From the NCBI GenBank assembly GCA_951406725.2, contig OX597816.1:12710001-12774000 (forward strand): DNA of 64,000 nt, given 5' to 3'. The position numbers were made by a program, and so were the translations under genes. The notes beneath the pieces were generated by a model. The model was not told the DNA's origin, searched no databases, and was given only the letters and a program-made list of their open reading frames with translations. Positions 39,901 through 51,691 of this stretch are shown here, piece by piece; within the stretch, counting starts at the first letter, position 1; each line of letters opens with the position of its first letter. The stretch is from Octopus vulgaris. Its lineage: Eukaryota.

Positions 39901-40690
39901 ATTACTGATGTTGTTGTAAAGAGTTTTATAGACTGTCGTTTTATGACAGCTTTCAGATATTGCAATGCTGTTTCCCCCTTTTAGGGTAAAATCTTAACAA
40001 TTCCATTTAACTACGTTGGTGAGCTTTACGAAATCTACGTTCGTGACATTGTTTTGAATCTGAGCCAAACCCTTGCACTCAATTCCCTTTCCAAACCTTT
40101 TAATTCCATTTTCTGTATCCCATTTCTTTGAATATGACAAAAGCAAAATGGAAAACTCATTTTAAAGTATCGTGACCGTTTTAGCTTTTTTTTTTAATCT
40201 ATTTTCAATTACTATTTTAATGTAGACAATATACTATAATGTAGTGTTGTATAATGTATTATAGAAACAATAGACTGTTGTGTAAAGTAGTGTAGTTAAT
40301 ATTAATGCTTTTGGAAAGTTACTTTATGTCCCGAGGAAATAATTCACTTGAATGTTCAACTATTTCAATATAAACCGTTTCATCTGTTCGTTTTACAGGT
40401 GTTTATTCTCTCTCACTCAGAACAGTAGGAACATTGCCAGAACCAGACTATTACCTGTGGCTACGTAGAAGAAATAGAATTTAAGGCAACTTGTTAACTG
40501 TGGTTTGAATTAGTAAAACTTAATTCAATAATAACAAAATATTGAATTCGTGTGAATAGGCACCCATGAATTGTAAGTTAGTATAAAGTTTCTGGAAAGC
40601 CATTCTGGTGATTAAAGTTAAGATGACTATTCATTTACAATGAACTACAGCTGAACTACAGTCTCTTATCACGACTTCTTTAGTTGTGAT

Positions 40691-41082
40691 GGATGAATGG
40701 AAGCACTCCGTCGGTTACGACGATGAGGGTTCCGGTTGATCCGAATCAACGGAACAGCCTGCTCGTGAAATTAACGTGTAAGTGGCTGAGCACTCCACAG
40801 ACACGTGCACCCTTAACGTAGTTCTCGGGGATATTCAGCGTGACACAGAGAGTGACAAGGCCGGCCCTTTGAAATACAGGTACAACAGAAACAGGAAGTA
40901 AGAGTGAGAGAAAGTTGTGGTGAAAGAGTACAGCAGGGATCACCACCATCCCCTGCCGGAGCCTCGTGGAGCTTTTAGGTGTTTTCGCTCAATAAACACT
41001 CACAACGCCCGGTCTGGGAATCGAAACCGCGATCCTATGACGGCGAGTCCGCTGCCCTAACCACCGGGCCATTGCGCCTCCA
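40691..41082 (-). mobile_element. tRNA-derived SINE, family D, young full-length copy
   Basis: TGGCCCGGTGGTTAGGGCAGCG..GTTTCGATTCCC head; TSD-like GTTGTGAT at 40683-40690 and 41085-41092. Confidence 0.92.
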
Positions 41083-41559
41083 CTGTTGTGATAGAGGATC
41101 CCTATCACTCGTAAACAATGTTACTATAAGGTTCCAAAGCGTAGCATAAATTAAACACACCGTGCTTCATGTTATCGTATGGAAATTGTTGCTTAGCCAT
41201 TGATCTTTAGTTTTTCAGCTTCAAATCAGTCTTAATGAATAAGAAAAGACTGATCTAGCCTTTCTTGTTTGTTTGTCCAATGTTTTCCATACCAGTGGCT
41301 ACATTTTCTGAAGTAGTTGCTGCTTCAAAATGGTACGGTACAACTTGAAGAAAATGTAGCACATATTTGTATCGGAGAATGAACATGTAGAAGCTACCTC
41401 AATAAGGTCCTTACGGATGGAACAAAATAAATGGAAATAAAAATAATTCCAGGAAGATACAGAAGGATGTGTAGAGAAAACAAGAAGTCACAGAGAATCT
41501 TTTTACTAAAATGAAAAAAAATATCTCATATATTTTCAAAACCAGAATGTTAGATATTT

Positions 41560-41769
41560 GTGACTGGGTAAGTTCCTGGCCCAGAGTAAAAGAAAATACA
41601 GAAGGATAAGTTAATTATGATTTTATTTAACTTATTCCTCTCTCAGATTCATACATTGCAGCCTACCTTCAGTTTTTCTAAGCCCGGTAAAAGAACACGG
41701 ACGTGTGGGTCTCCAATCAGGCATTTCGTGACACCATTAAAGCCAGGAATTTTTTAGCAGACCCTCGTA
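41560..41769. mobile_element. mariner-type MITE remnant
   Basis: Right end GCCAGGAATTTTTTAGCAGACCCTCG-TA; partial left mate AAGTTCCTGGC. Confidence 0.6.
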
Positions 41770-41870
41770 CACATACACACATCCTTCCATGATCAAGCCA
41801 GCCTAGTAAAAATTGCAATTTCATTTTCCCTGCAGTAAAGAAAAGTCCATTCCAAAGGCAAGTTGACAGC

Positions 41871-42022
41871 GCAGTTTTTTTTTTTGTCGGCAGCCAAAAA
41901 ATACCGGCATTTTTTCGAACAATTTTCCAGAAAAAATTATTGATTATTAAGTATTGCTAATTTTTTCTGGAGAATTGTTCGAAGGAATGCCGGTATGTTT
42001 TTGATGCCGACAAAAGAACTGC
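41871..42022. repeat. ~65-bp imperfect fold-back
   Basis: TTTTGTCGGCA..ATACCGGCATT..TTCGAACAATT.TCCAGAAAAAATT versus its reverse complement. Confidence 0.85.
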
Positions 42023-43261
42023 ACTTGCGCAGTGGATTTGAAAAAATTTAAATTTATAAGCAAGAGGCACATGCTGGATTTGCCTAGTACTTATATGTTT
42101 AATCTAGGCATACCTGTTGATGAAGACTTCGCCTAGCAAATTGTTTTATTTGCTAAAAAAAGTCAGACACCATGGTCCAGGAAATAGATGGTAAATGTTT
42201 TTATTTTTCATTCCCTTCGTATTTTTATCCCTAATAATGGTTTGGACTTTAGCTGTTCCTTCTAGCGTGAAATGAATCCTATGAAGGATACTTCTTATGT
42301 GTATAAATGTACACCATATATATATATATTCAAGAAGCACTTAAGCAAGTCTAGAATTTATTCAACAGAACAGACTTATTGATGTGATGTTCATTTCAAT
42401 TTATATCACAAGACGCTAGCGGTGTTTAATGTGGAGGAGAAAGGTCCATTTTGGAGAACATAAATACTTTTGGTTTACAAAAAGATTGTAAGCATACAAA
42501 CACATAGAGAGACTGGAGAAAACGGTTTGATGGTGCAGAATATTGGATAGTGATGTCTAAGAAAATTTTACGCTAATATTTGTCAATAAAGTATTTGTAG
42601 ATTTTTGCTTCTGAATGTCGGTTGCGATAAGTTAAGTAGATTGCATTTCAATACACGCGTAAAGCGATTCCAGGAAAGGATCATTGCTGTGATAAGAGAG
42701 CTGAGGCTATAAGAGCGAGGTTATACCTCTTAGTAGATCCAATAATTTCGCTATCAGGAGTTGTATCAGTTGAAGTTATCTATCTTAGCGAGTGAGAATG
42801 GAAAGTAGTTCAAACCAGCGGATGCTATCAGAGTAGCTGAGAGTCAATGCACTGGGTCAGAAAGATAATTTTCTCAAATATAGAATTCATTGCAGATTAA
42901 GCAATCAGTTATTTTTGGCAGAAATAATTGATTAACCCTTCACTGCCGCTTCATGTACTTATCTGAACAGACTGGAGCTTTCGTGTTGAAATCAATGCAA
43001 AGGAAAGAATAGACATTAGAAGGCATCATACTTTATCGCGTAAATCTTTAACATATAACATTATGGGTGATGAACAAGATTTGAGACAAACAAAAGTACC
43101 ATTAAATGATTGAATTTCATGTTAAACAGTTTCTTGTTTCAACTTCTCAATGAATGAAGAACAGATTCTGAGAAATGAATATTGATAAAATTTAGTTGTA
43201 ATATAACAGAGAGGAGAGCTGAATGTTCCATACAGTCCATAAGCAAAGTAACAGATTCTGC

Positions 43262-43380
43262 TTTCTTTCTTTTTTTCCTCCTTCTTATCATCATCATTTC
43301 AATTACCGTCGTCATCGTCGTTGTCGTTGTCGCTGTCATAGGCATCTTCGTCGCCGTCGTCATCATCATCGTCGTCGTCG

Positions 43381-43422
<42 letters not shown>

Positions 43423-43895
43423 CAAGCCTCACCACCGCAACCACCACTACCACCACCATCACCATCACCACCATCATCCTCATCCTCAACATCATCATCA
43501 TCATCACAAGCATCACCATCACCACCACCACCACCACCACTACCACCACCGTCGTCGTCGTCGTCTTCTCGTCATCATCATCACCATCATCAACATCATA
43601 ACCAACAGTAATTGAGTGAAATGAAATGTTGGCCACCATGATTATCATCATTGCCACCACCACCACCACCACCACCACCGACACCACCGCCGACACCACC
43701 ACCGACACCACCGCCGACACCACCACCGACACCATCATCATCATCATAGCAAAACAGTAATGATTGAGTGAAATGAAATGTTGGTCACCATCATTATCAC
43801 CACCACCGCTACCACCACCACCATCATCATCCTCATCATTATCATCAACATCATAACCAACAGTAATGATTGAATGAAATGAAATGTTGGTCAAC
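43262..43895. repeat. CAT/CAC/CGT trinucleotide field with a ~50-bp block repeated three times
   Basis: ACAGTAA(TGA)TTGA.TGAAATGAAATGTTGG at ~43605, ~43753 and ~43860. Confidence 0.9.
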
Positions 43896-44932
43896 CAGCC
43901 AAAGATTTCCGAGTTCGCATAGCCTTACCTATAGAGTTATTTCCTAGAAGACCTCCGTCTTTCCTTCCTGCCTTTCCGATACTTATTGATGCACCATGTT
44001 GCTTCCAGGAGAGTCCAAATTATCTGAAAGCTAAAAGAGAGAATAACTGCTCGGAACTCTGTACATTTCTGTTCGAGTTGGAAGTAATTTTATCCAAATA
44101 CTTCTCAGATCATTCCATGCTAACTTTCAACAAGGAAAGACATATGCACCTAAATCAGAAACCATTATCTATCTTCAATACAGGGTGGTAGATTGGGGTC
44201 GGTGTACTTAAAAAATTCCTTGCAGTAATCCGTCTGTTCTTTTCCTTACATTTGAAATTTCCGTCCCGTCGGGGTCAGTTTGCACAGCCCACGCTCCAGG
44301 ATCGATACGAGAAAGTATTAGTCAAGTTGTGGGATCGTTGTATCGAATAGCCTCCTTCCTTCCAAACTGCAAGCCTCCTGCCTAACTTAGGAACAGCTAT
44401 TTATCCTCAGGTCTCCCCTGGTCGCGCAAAGCAACGATTGACCAAGAACCTCTAGATGCTCTCAATGAAATATATGTCTACCGGTCTTAATAGAAAATGA
44501 GATACAAGACAAGACACTTGGTGTTCGGACAGTAAGACAACCAAAACAAAATTACTGAGAATTAAAAATCTTTTCATATGTCTCTACACGCAATACTAGA
44601 AACAACGCATATTTATCCAAAATAAATCAATGCTTCCAACCATGACCATTCCATTGTCTGTATATTCGACAATGAATTGCATAACATGTTCTTCCTTTTT
44701 CTCCAACTGTAATATGAAATATGATAAGAATGTTACTATTTCTAGCACAAAGAACGACCACGTAGAGGCTTCCATGTGGCTATTTACTCATCACAGCTGC
44801 ATAGAAAAGAGAATAAGTAAAATCCTTATATATTTACATTGTTAGTGTATTCTAACTCTCAACTGAATGAATTTCACAGCTCTTACTAAGAAGCTCATGA
44901 ACGTCACATCTCATAAATATATAAGTATTCTT

Positions 44933-45142
44933 ATAGCTGATCATGGATGGAAAAGTGGAGATCACTTTCTCCTGTGGGATGAAGTTAAAATAATCGACAG
45001 AGAACACTAATGGAAAACACGAAAACTAAAAGAGGCAGTACATATACTAGGACACAATAACCTCCTAAGCGGACCTAGTGTAGATATAAGTAGCATATGG
45101 GAACTGGTATTAAGGAAGAATGCAAAAATATTAGGTTTATAA
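44933..45142 (+). pseudogene. Penelope/Poseidon-type GIY-YIG endonuclease C-terminus
   Basis: IADHGWKSGDHFLLWDEVKIIDREH*WKTRKLKEAVHI..NNLLS...ISSIWELVL fits the PLE endonuclease tail pattern A.H....H.I.W...I.D.E...R..KEA.HI....L. Confidence 0.75.
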
Positions 45143-45171
45143 GCCCTAACATTCACTCTATAATTGCTCAT

Positions 45172-45236
45172 GGGCATAAGAGCGCAGGCTACTAACCCCG
45201 AGATTCCGAGTTCAAACCCAGGATGTGCCTTGAATA

Positions 45237-45318
<82 letters not shown>

Positions 45319-45860
45319 TGCTCAATACCACAGATTTGCTTGTCAGTTGAGCATGACCAGTTGAGCATGTCCCTTAGTGGCATAGCCATGTGTTGAGAGG
45401 GGTTCTTTGGAGTTTGAATAATTCACCTCTGGAAACATGGATGGTTCGTTCAACATACTTAACAACCCTTATTCAGGTTTATCTTGATATGAGATCACCA
45501 TGTCGCGCACATATGGTTGTGATGCATGTGCCTAGTGTACCCTTATCAGACGGATAGTCATGATGGGTATACTGGGCTTTCGTATAGTTTACTCCAGTGT
45601 CACTTTGATGACATGCACTGCTCTCTCACTCAATAAAAAAAAAATAATAATAATAACAATAGCAATATTAGCAAAAAATACCTTAGGAATCAGAACGCAG
45701 GATTGGGTTCAAAATTCTACCAAGACACCTGATGAAGGCTGGAGAGTAAATTAGCCGAAACGATGTGGTAACAACAAACAAGACGAGGAGGACATATCCG
45801 TCCAATGTAAATAATGTAAATAATGTACAGGACTCCTCCTCTCCAAAATATAGAACAAGT
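45172..45860 (+). mobile_element. tRNA/AAT/HHR module directly after the PLE endonuclease, with nested family E
   Basis: Head at 45172-45233 (A box deleted), (AAT)n, family E at 45318-45632, HHR at 45724-45769 GACAC-CTGATGA-A-GGCTG..TAGCC-GAAACGAT-GTG. Confidence 0.82.
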
Positions 45861-46582
45861 ACTGTTCTACACAGTCTTAAATTTAAATGCAATCTTGTGG
45901 TATGAGTTCTTCTCATATGGCTTCATGCCTAAACTCGTCATAAGCTTTCCAAAAGCAGAAATAGTTGTAGCATTCATGATACATAAAAGCCAATGAAAGT
46001 AGAAATATATACAAATAGAAATATATGCAATGAGATCAAATATGCATTAGATGTTTCATTGTGTCTTTGTTTTAAAGTAAATACATTGTTCTGCAGTGTC
46101 ACTTTGTGTAGTCACGTATAATAGATAAACAGATGACCTATTGATGGGTACGTCTCTTCACGAAAGGTTAAGCAGCTGATGATGTTTGTCGCGCTGGTGT
46201 GCTAGACAAATATTCATTCTATAACTCCTGGGAAAATGTCAATAGCAATGATAAACATTTACTGAATAGAACGGAACGCAAATGCTTGACAAATTGATTC
46301 TATTTATCCCATTAATAAATAAATATCTATTGTTTATATTTCAGACGCCTTCGTGAGTATGTGGTTACATTGTCGGTTTTAGAAATCATGGTTTCCAGTT
46401 CAATCGGGAGGGAGACACAGTAACATAAGTAAGTATCTTTTACAGCATAGATAACCTTAGATCGATTTAAGCATTGTTAGCAAAATTTGGCCGGTTGAAA
46501 GATACTAGGGAGGAGAAAAGCGGACGCATATGCATTACATACACACACGCTCACACCTATGTATATACGTATATATACATAT

Positions 46583-46641
<59 letters not shown>

Positions 46642-46644
46642 TAT

Positions 46645-46905
46645 TATTGGTAAAAACGGTAAGTTAACAGAAGAAAGAAAGAGGCCTCAATATTATGTAA
46701 ATAGAGGAATTTATCTGTAAAAATAATATGTGACAATCACTCGGTAGCCAAGATAAAACTCTGAGTTTCGGATGCCGAGGTGAGAATCCACACCACCATC
46801 TCTTCAGTTCTCAGGACATCTGAAAAACGCTATGAAAAAAGACCGTTATACAAAGGGAAATTACTGTATTATAGACCGCTAATTAAGATAAGGTTAAAAG
46901 TTCAT
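46645..46905. mobile_element. Second copy of the TA-embedded HHR element (rearranged)
   Basis: 46680-46740 matches the reverse complement of 476-533; 46725-46790 matches 221-285. Confidence 0.65.
46752..46812 (-). ncRNA. Type I hammerhead motif
   Basis: GAGAA-CUGAAGA-GAUG..CAUC-C-GAAAC-UC-A-GAG-UU-UUAUC; stem III ACUC/GAGU, GUU triplet. Confidence 0.65.
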
Positions 46906-47319
46906 AGAGAGAGGGAAAGAGACAGAAGGAAGAGAGAGAGAGAGAGAGCGAGAGAGATAATGATAATGAGAAATGAAGAGACTTGACACAGCCTGTTGTA
47001 CTAAGAATAGAGAGGAAAATGCACTAAAATCACTTGATAAAAGTTTATCATATAAATGGAATGTTCATGAAACCAACTGGTTTCAGCTTTTATGGATAAT
47101 CATGTCATGGTTTTCTAATTAAGACGCTTAAATTTCATATTGTTATAGCCATATGATGTTATAGCTTTGAGATGTCATTACTAGGTGTCGTTAGCAATAA
47201 CAAACGCCATAATAAAGGAATGTGCTTTACAGTCACATGAGAGATGATAAATGAAACATTTAACTGTTTTCAGTTAACAATAACAATAATAACGATAATA
47301 ATAATAATAATAATAATAA

Positions 47320-47812
47320 AACTACACGTGCGAAATAATGTGACAACAGAAATAAACGGACCGGTACCCTACGAAAATGACGACCGTCAAAATAATGGGC
47401 CGGACGTTGTACCTCATGTCCCGCAATTAAAACCCAAAAGACGTAAATGGACACGTGAGGAATACATTTCTATCTTACACGCATACTTCACAGCAATGCT
47501 CTACCCACAAAATGAAAATACAACAACACATACATATAAAATATGGAAGGAAAATAATAGAGATATAGACTTGGATACAGCAATGAACCCTAATAAATTA
47601 GCTAACGTACGAAGATAAACACCAGGACTTACAAACACATATAACATACAGAAAATTGCACTACTAGGCACTGCACACATCCTACGCAGAACACTTTCCA
47701 TACAGTAACCATCAGAGCATCACAACAAATCACAGCACATACCCAAGGCACACAGAGCTGCGCTCGGTAGTGAAGTGAAAGCACGCTATAAAAATAAAAA
47801 TAAAACTACTGA
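47320..47812 (+). mobile_element. Internally deleted R4/Dong-like element (N-terminus fused to C-terminus and 3' UTR) in (AAT)n
   Basis: KRRKWTREEY..YKIW..NKLANVRR joined at ~47615 to TPGLTNTYNIQKIALLGTAHILRRTLSIQ*; both parts match the ends of the 26464-29874 ORF. Confidence 0.88.
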
Positions 47813-47819
47813 ATAATAC

Positions 47820-47896
<77 letters not shown>

Positions 47897-47899
<3 letters not shown>

Positions 47900-48451
47900 C
47901 CCTGATGCAGTACAAGGCAGTGGCTCTCATGGCTTCTGATCTTAACTGATTGGAAGCGTTATCATGTACATTGTTTTGTCTTGGTATAAAAGATGGCCTA
48001 CAGCAAATATTCTGCTCAATACCACAGATTTGCTTGTCAGTTGTTTGACCTTAACAAGTTGAGCATGTCCCTTAATGGCTGACGATATGTGCATCTCTGA
48101 TCACGAGCAGAAGTAGTGGGGGAGCATCATAGCCATGTGCTGAGAGGGATTCTTTTGGGTTTGAATAATTCACCTCTGGAAACATGGGTGGTTCTTTCAA
48201 CATCCTTAAACAACCCTTATTCAGAGACCTCTTGAGCGGGATGGGCTACTCAACCTGAAGAAAATTCTAACTGGGCCCCACCTGCAAGGTCATGTGCTGT
48301 TTATCTTGATATGAGATCACCATCTCGCGCACATATGGTTGTGATGCATGTGCCTGGTGTATCTTTATCAGACGGGTAGTCATGATGGGTATACTGGGCT
48401 TCGTATATTTTACCCCAGTGTCACTTTGATGGCATGCACTGCTCTCTCACT
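47897..48451 (+). mobile_element. Family E, apparently full length
   Basis: (AAT)n-GCCCTGATGCAGTAC...CTCTCTCACTC-(AAT)n; the same 5' start recurs at 55866. Confidence 0.9.
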
Positions 48452-49089
48452 CAATAATAATAATAATGGATACGTGTGCGTATGTGTGTGCATGTGTGTA
48501 TGTGAGCTTGTGTGTGCATGCGTGTCTATGAGTGTGTATGTGTGTGTGTGTGAGTGTGTGCACGTGTGTGCTCTGTGTGTATGTGAGTGTGTGCGTGTGT
48601 GTGTGAGTGTGTGCTATGTGTGTATGTCTGTGTGTCTTGTGAGTGTCTGTGTGTGTGAGTGTGTGTGCGTATGTGTGTGTGTGAGTGTATATCAAGAGAG
48701 TCAGAGAGAGTTTATTAAAAAAATGGATACAATTTCAACTTCCGTAAATGTTAATTCACTGAATAATTGGACATCTCTTAATTCGGTCGATGTTTTCATT
48801 GAGTGGAACTATTTTTCATCCACTTTGTGTAGATCTCCCACCAGTCCACTGTTACAATCTTAAAATCTGTATTACAGCACGTGTATTTCGCTTGGCGGTT
48901 TGGGACTTTTAATGCTAATAGTTATCGAAGATAAAATACTTACGTTGCAGAATAAATTTGAATTCATAGAAATATATTTGCTTTTTTTATAAACTCTGGC
49001 CATTCTTTTCCGATTGTAAAACAATAATGTTGTCTTGATGCTATTCCATTGTCACGAAGGATAATTGTGCACAATTATGCTACATCAAA

Positions 49090-50100
49090 AAATACGACTG
49101 AATAATGACATACATTAGGCTTCTCAAAACCAGAAAGGGGAGAGCTAATTCGAAAACTACAGATCCAATCTGGAACTGTAAAACTCTGTAAAAGGTTACA
49201 GAGGTTTAATCATTCAAATATATATGAGCGTGTTTAGATATGCAACTATATCCATAAGAATACATATGTAAAGCAAAACATAAAAATCTGCACATATACA
49301 TACATATAAAGAAAAATACCCTGTTGCTGATGTTGAAATTCCAGTGAAGGAGTCTTGGATCTAGGTTAGAAACCGGCTCTTTCTCTATTGGCAAGGAATC
49401 TTGAAATAAAACTGAACAGTGACATATATACATTCATACAGTTCCATCACTAGAACTGTAAAAATCTGTAAAACTTTCCAGAAGTTTATCATTTAAGTAT
49501 ATGTGAGCATGTCTAGATATGCAACTATATGCATGAGAATACATACATAAAATAATACATACAAATCTGCACATATAAATACCCTTTTACTTGTTTTAGC
49601 CATTTGACTGTGGTCATGTTGGAGCACCGCCTTTTAGTGGAGCAAATCGACCTGAGGACTTATTCCTTGTAAGCCTAGTACTTATTCTATCGGTCTGTTT
49701 TGCTGAACCGCTAAGTTACGGGAACTTAAACGCACCAGCATGGGTTGTCAAGCGATGTTGGGGAGACAAACACAGACACACAAACATATACACACACACA
49801 CACACATATATATACATATATACGACGAGCGTCTTTCAGTTTCCGTCTCTCAAATCCACTCACAAGACTTTGGTCGGCCCTAGGCTACAGTAGAAGACAC
49901 TTGGCCTAGGTGCAACGCAGTGGGACTGAACCCGGAACGATGTCGTTCGTAAGCAAGCTACTTACAACACAGCCACTTCTGCACCTACAAAAATACTCTG
50001 CTGATGTTGTTAGACTTCCAATGAAGAAGCCTTCGATCTAAGTTAGAAACCGGCTCTTTCTCTATTTCAAGAAATCTTTAAATATAACTGAATAATGCCA
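49090..50100 (+). mobile_element. Family F tandem direct ~280-bp units; second unit split by a SINE A
   Basis: Units at 49172-49435 and at 49452-49582 plus 49987-50100 end ACTGAA.A.TG.CA.A; the tail of a preceding unit is at 49090-49115. Confidence 0.78.
49583..49986 (-). mobile_element. SINE family A
   Basis: Matches 13128-13545. Confidence 0.9.
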
Positions 50101-50593
50101 CACACACACATACAGTCATACATACATACATACATACATACAAAAATACATACATACAGACATACATACATACATACATACATATATACATACATACATA
50201 CATATATACATACATACATACATACATACATACATACATACATACATACATACATACATACACACACACGGACACACGGACACACGGATACACACATATA
50301 TATATATATATGTGGTGGATATACAATTTAAGCTTCGCTAAAAGTGTATCATGTGTTGAAGAGATGCAGTTCCAGACCCAACCGTTTAGCATTTAAAAAG
50401 ATTCTTTCAACTAGCATCGAGTAATTCTGTGACCAATATCAAAATACCTGATACAGATATACACATTTACAAATATATACTGACATTTATATATACGTGC
50501 GTGTAGGTGCGTGAATACATTCACTCGCGCGCGCATACACACACATATATGTGTGTGTGTGTATATATATGCATATATATATATATGTATATC

Positions 50594-50672
<79 letters not shown>

Positions 50673-50787
50673 ATATATATATATACACACACATATATAT
50701 GTATATATACCCAAGCACATATATGTATATGCACACATACATACATATATACATACATACATACATATATATATATGTATATATATG

Positions 50788-50859
<72 letters not shown>

Positions 50860-50963
50860 GACAAACATATATATCGGTATCTGACCATATATATGTGTTT
50901 GTGTGTCTGTATGTGTATAGTGTGTGTAAGATAATATGGCTTGAGAAGCGAACACAGAGCAAG

Positions 50964-51004
<41 letters not shown>

Positions 51005-51222
51005 GAGATAGATAGAGAGAAATGGAGGAAGAGAGGAAGGATCTGACCATTCTCCAGTTCCGAGTAATTTGATCATGTACTTATAAATTAACAAAATATC
51101 TCAGACTCTGCTGTCAGGCTTTAAATTATGGTCTTAGTTGAATTGTGCAAATCAAGTTATACCGAGATTTATTCACACACAAACGTCGCAAGCACTAAAC
51201 ACACATACACACCGGACCACAT

Positions 51223-51278
<56 letters not shown>

Positions 51279-51657
51279 CTACGTAAGAAGACATGGCCGT
51301 GCGCATATATGTACACGCATGCGTACACACGTATATAGATACACTAGTGAGTCCATTACGGTCTTTCAACTGGTGGGCTGAACAAATCTGGTAATGGAAC
51401 TTTTATATCTTTAACACGCAGTAAGAATTGCTATAAAACAGGAATTTGGTTTCTCAGTTATCTTTATATTTCTCTTTTAAAGTTATCCATAAAAAGCAAG
51501 CTATTAACACATCTAACAATGTTAACATTCAGATAGTTTCGGAATATCCAAATATCTGCTCGGCCTGGCCATTCAATATATCACATTTTATTCTAGTTCT
51601 TCGTCTTTTATCTCTCTCAGTTATGTATATACATACATAAATATATGCATCTATACA

Positions 51658-51691
<34 letters not shown>

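Noticed and set aside
43139-43894. His-rich and poly-Met/Val ORFs
   Set aside because: Trinucleotide repeat field open in several frames on both strands, with no domain or exon evidence.
43586-43895. CRISPR-like repeat-spacer array
   Set aside because: Spacers are low-complexity microsatellite, the context is eukaryotic and there are no cas genes.
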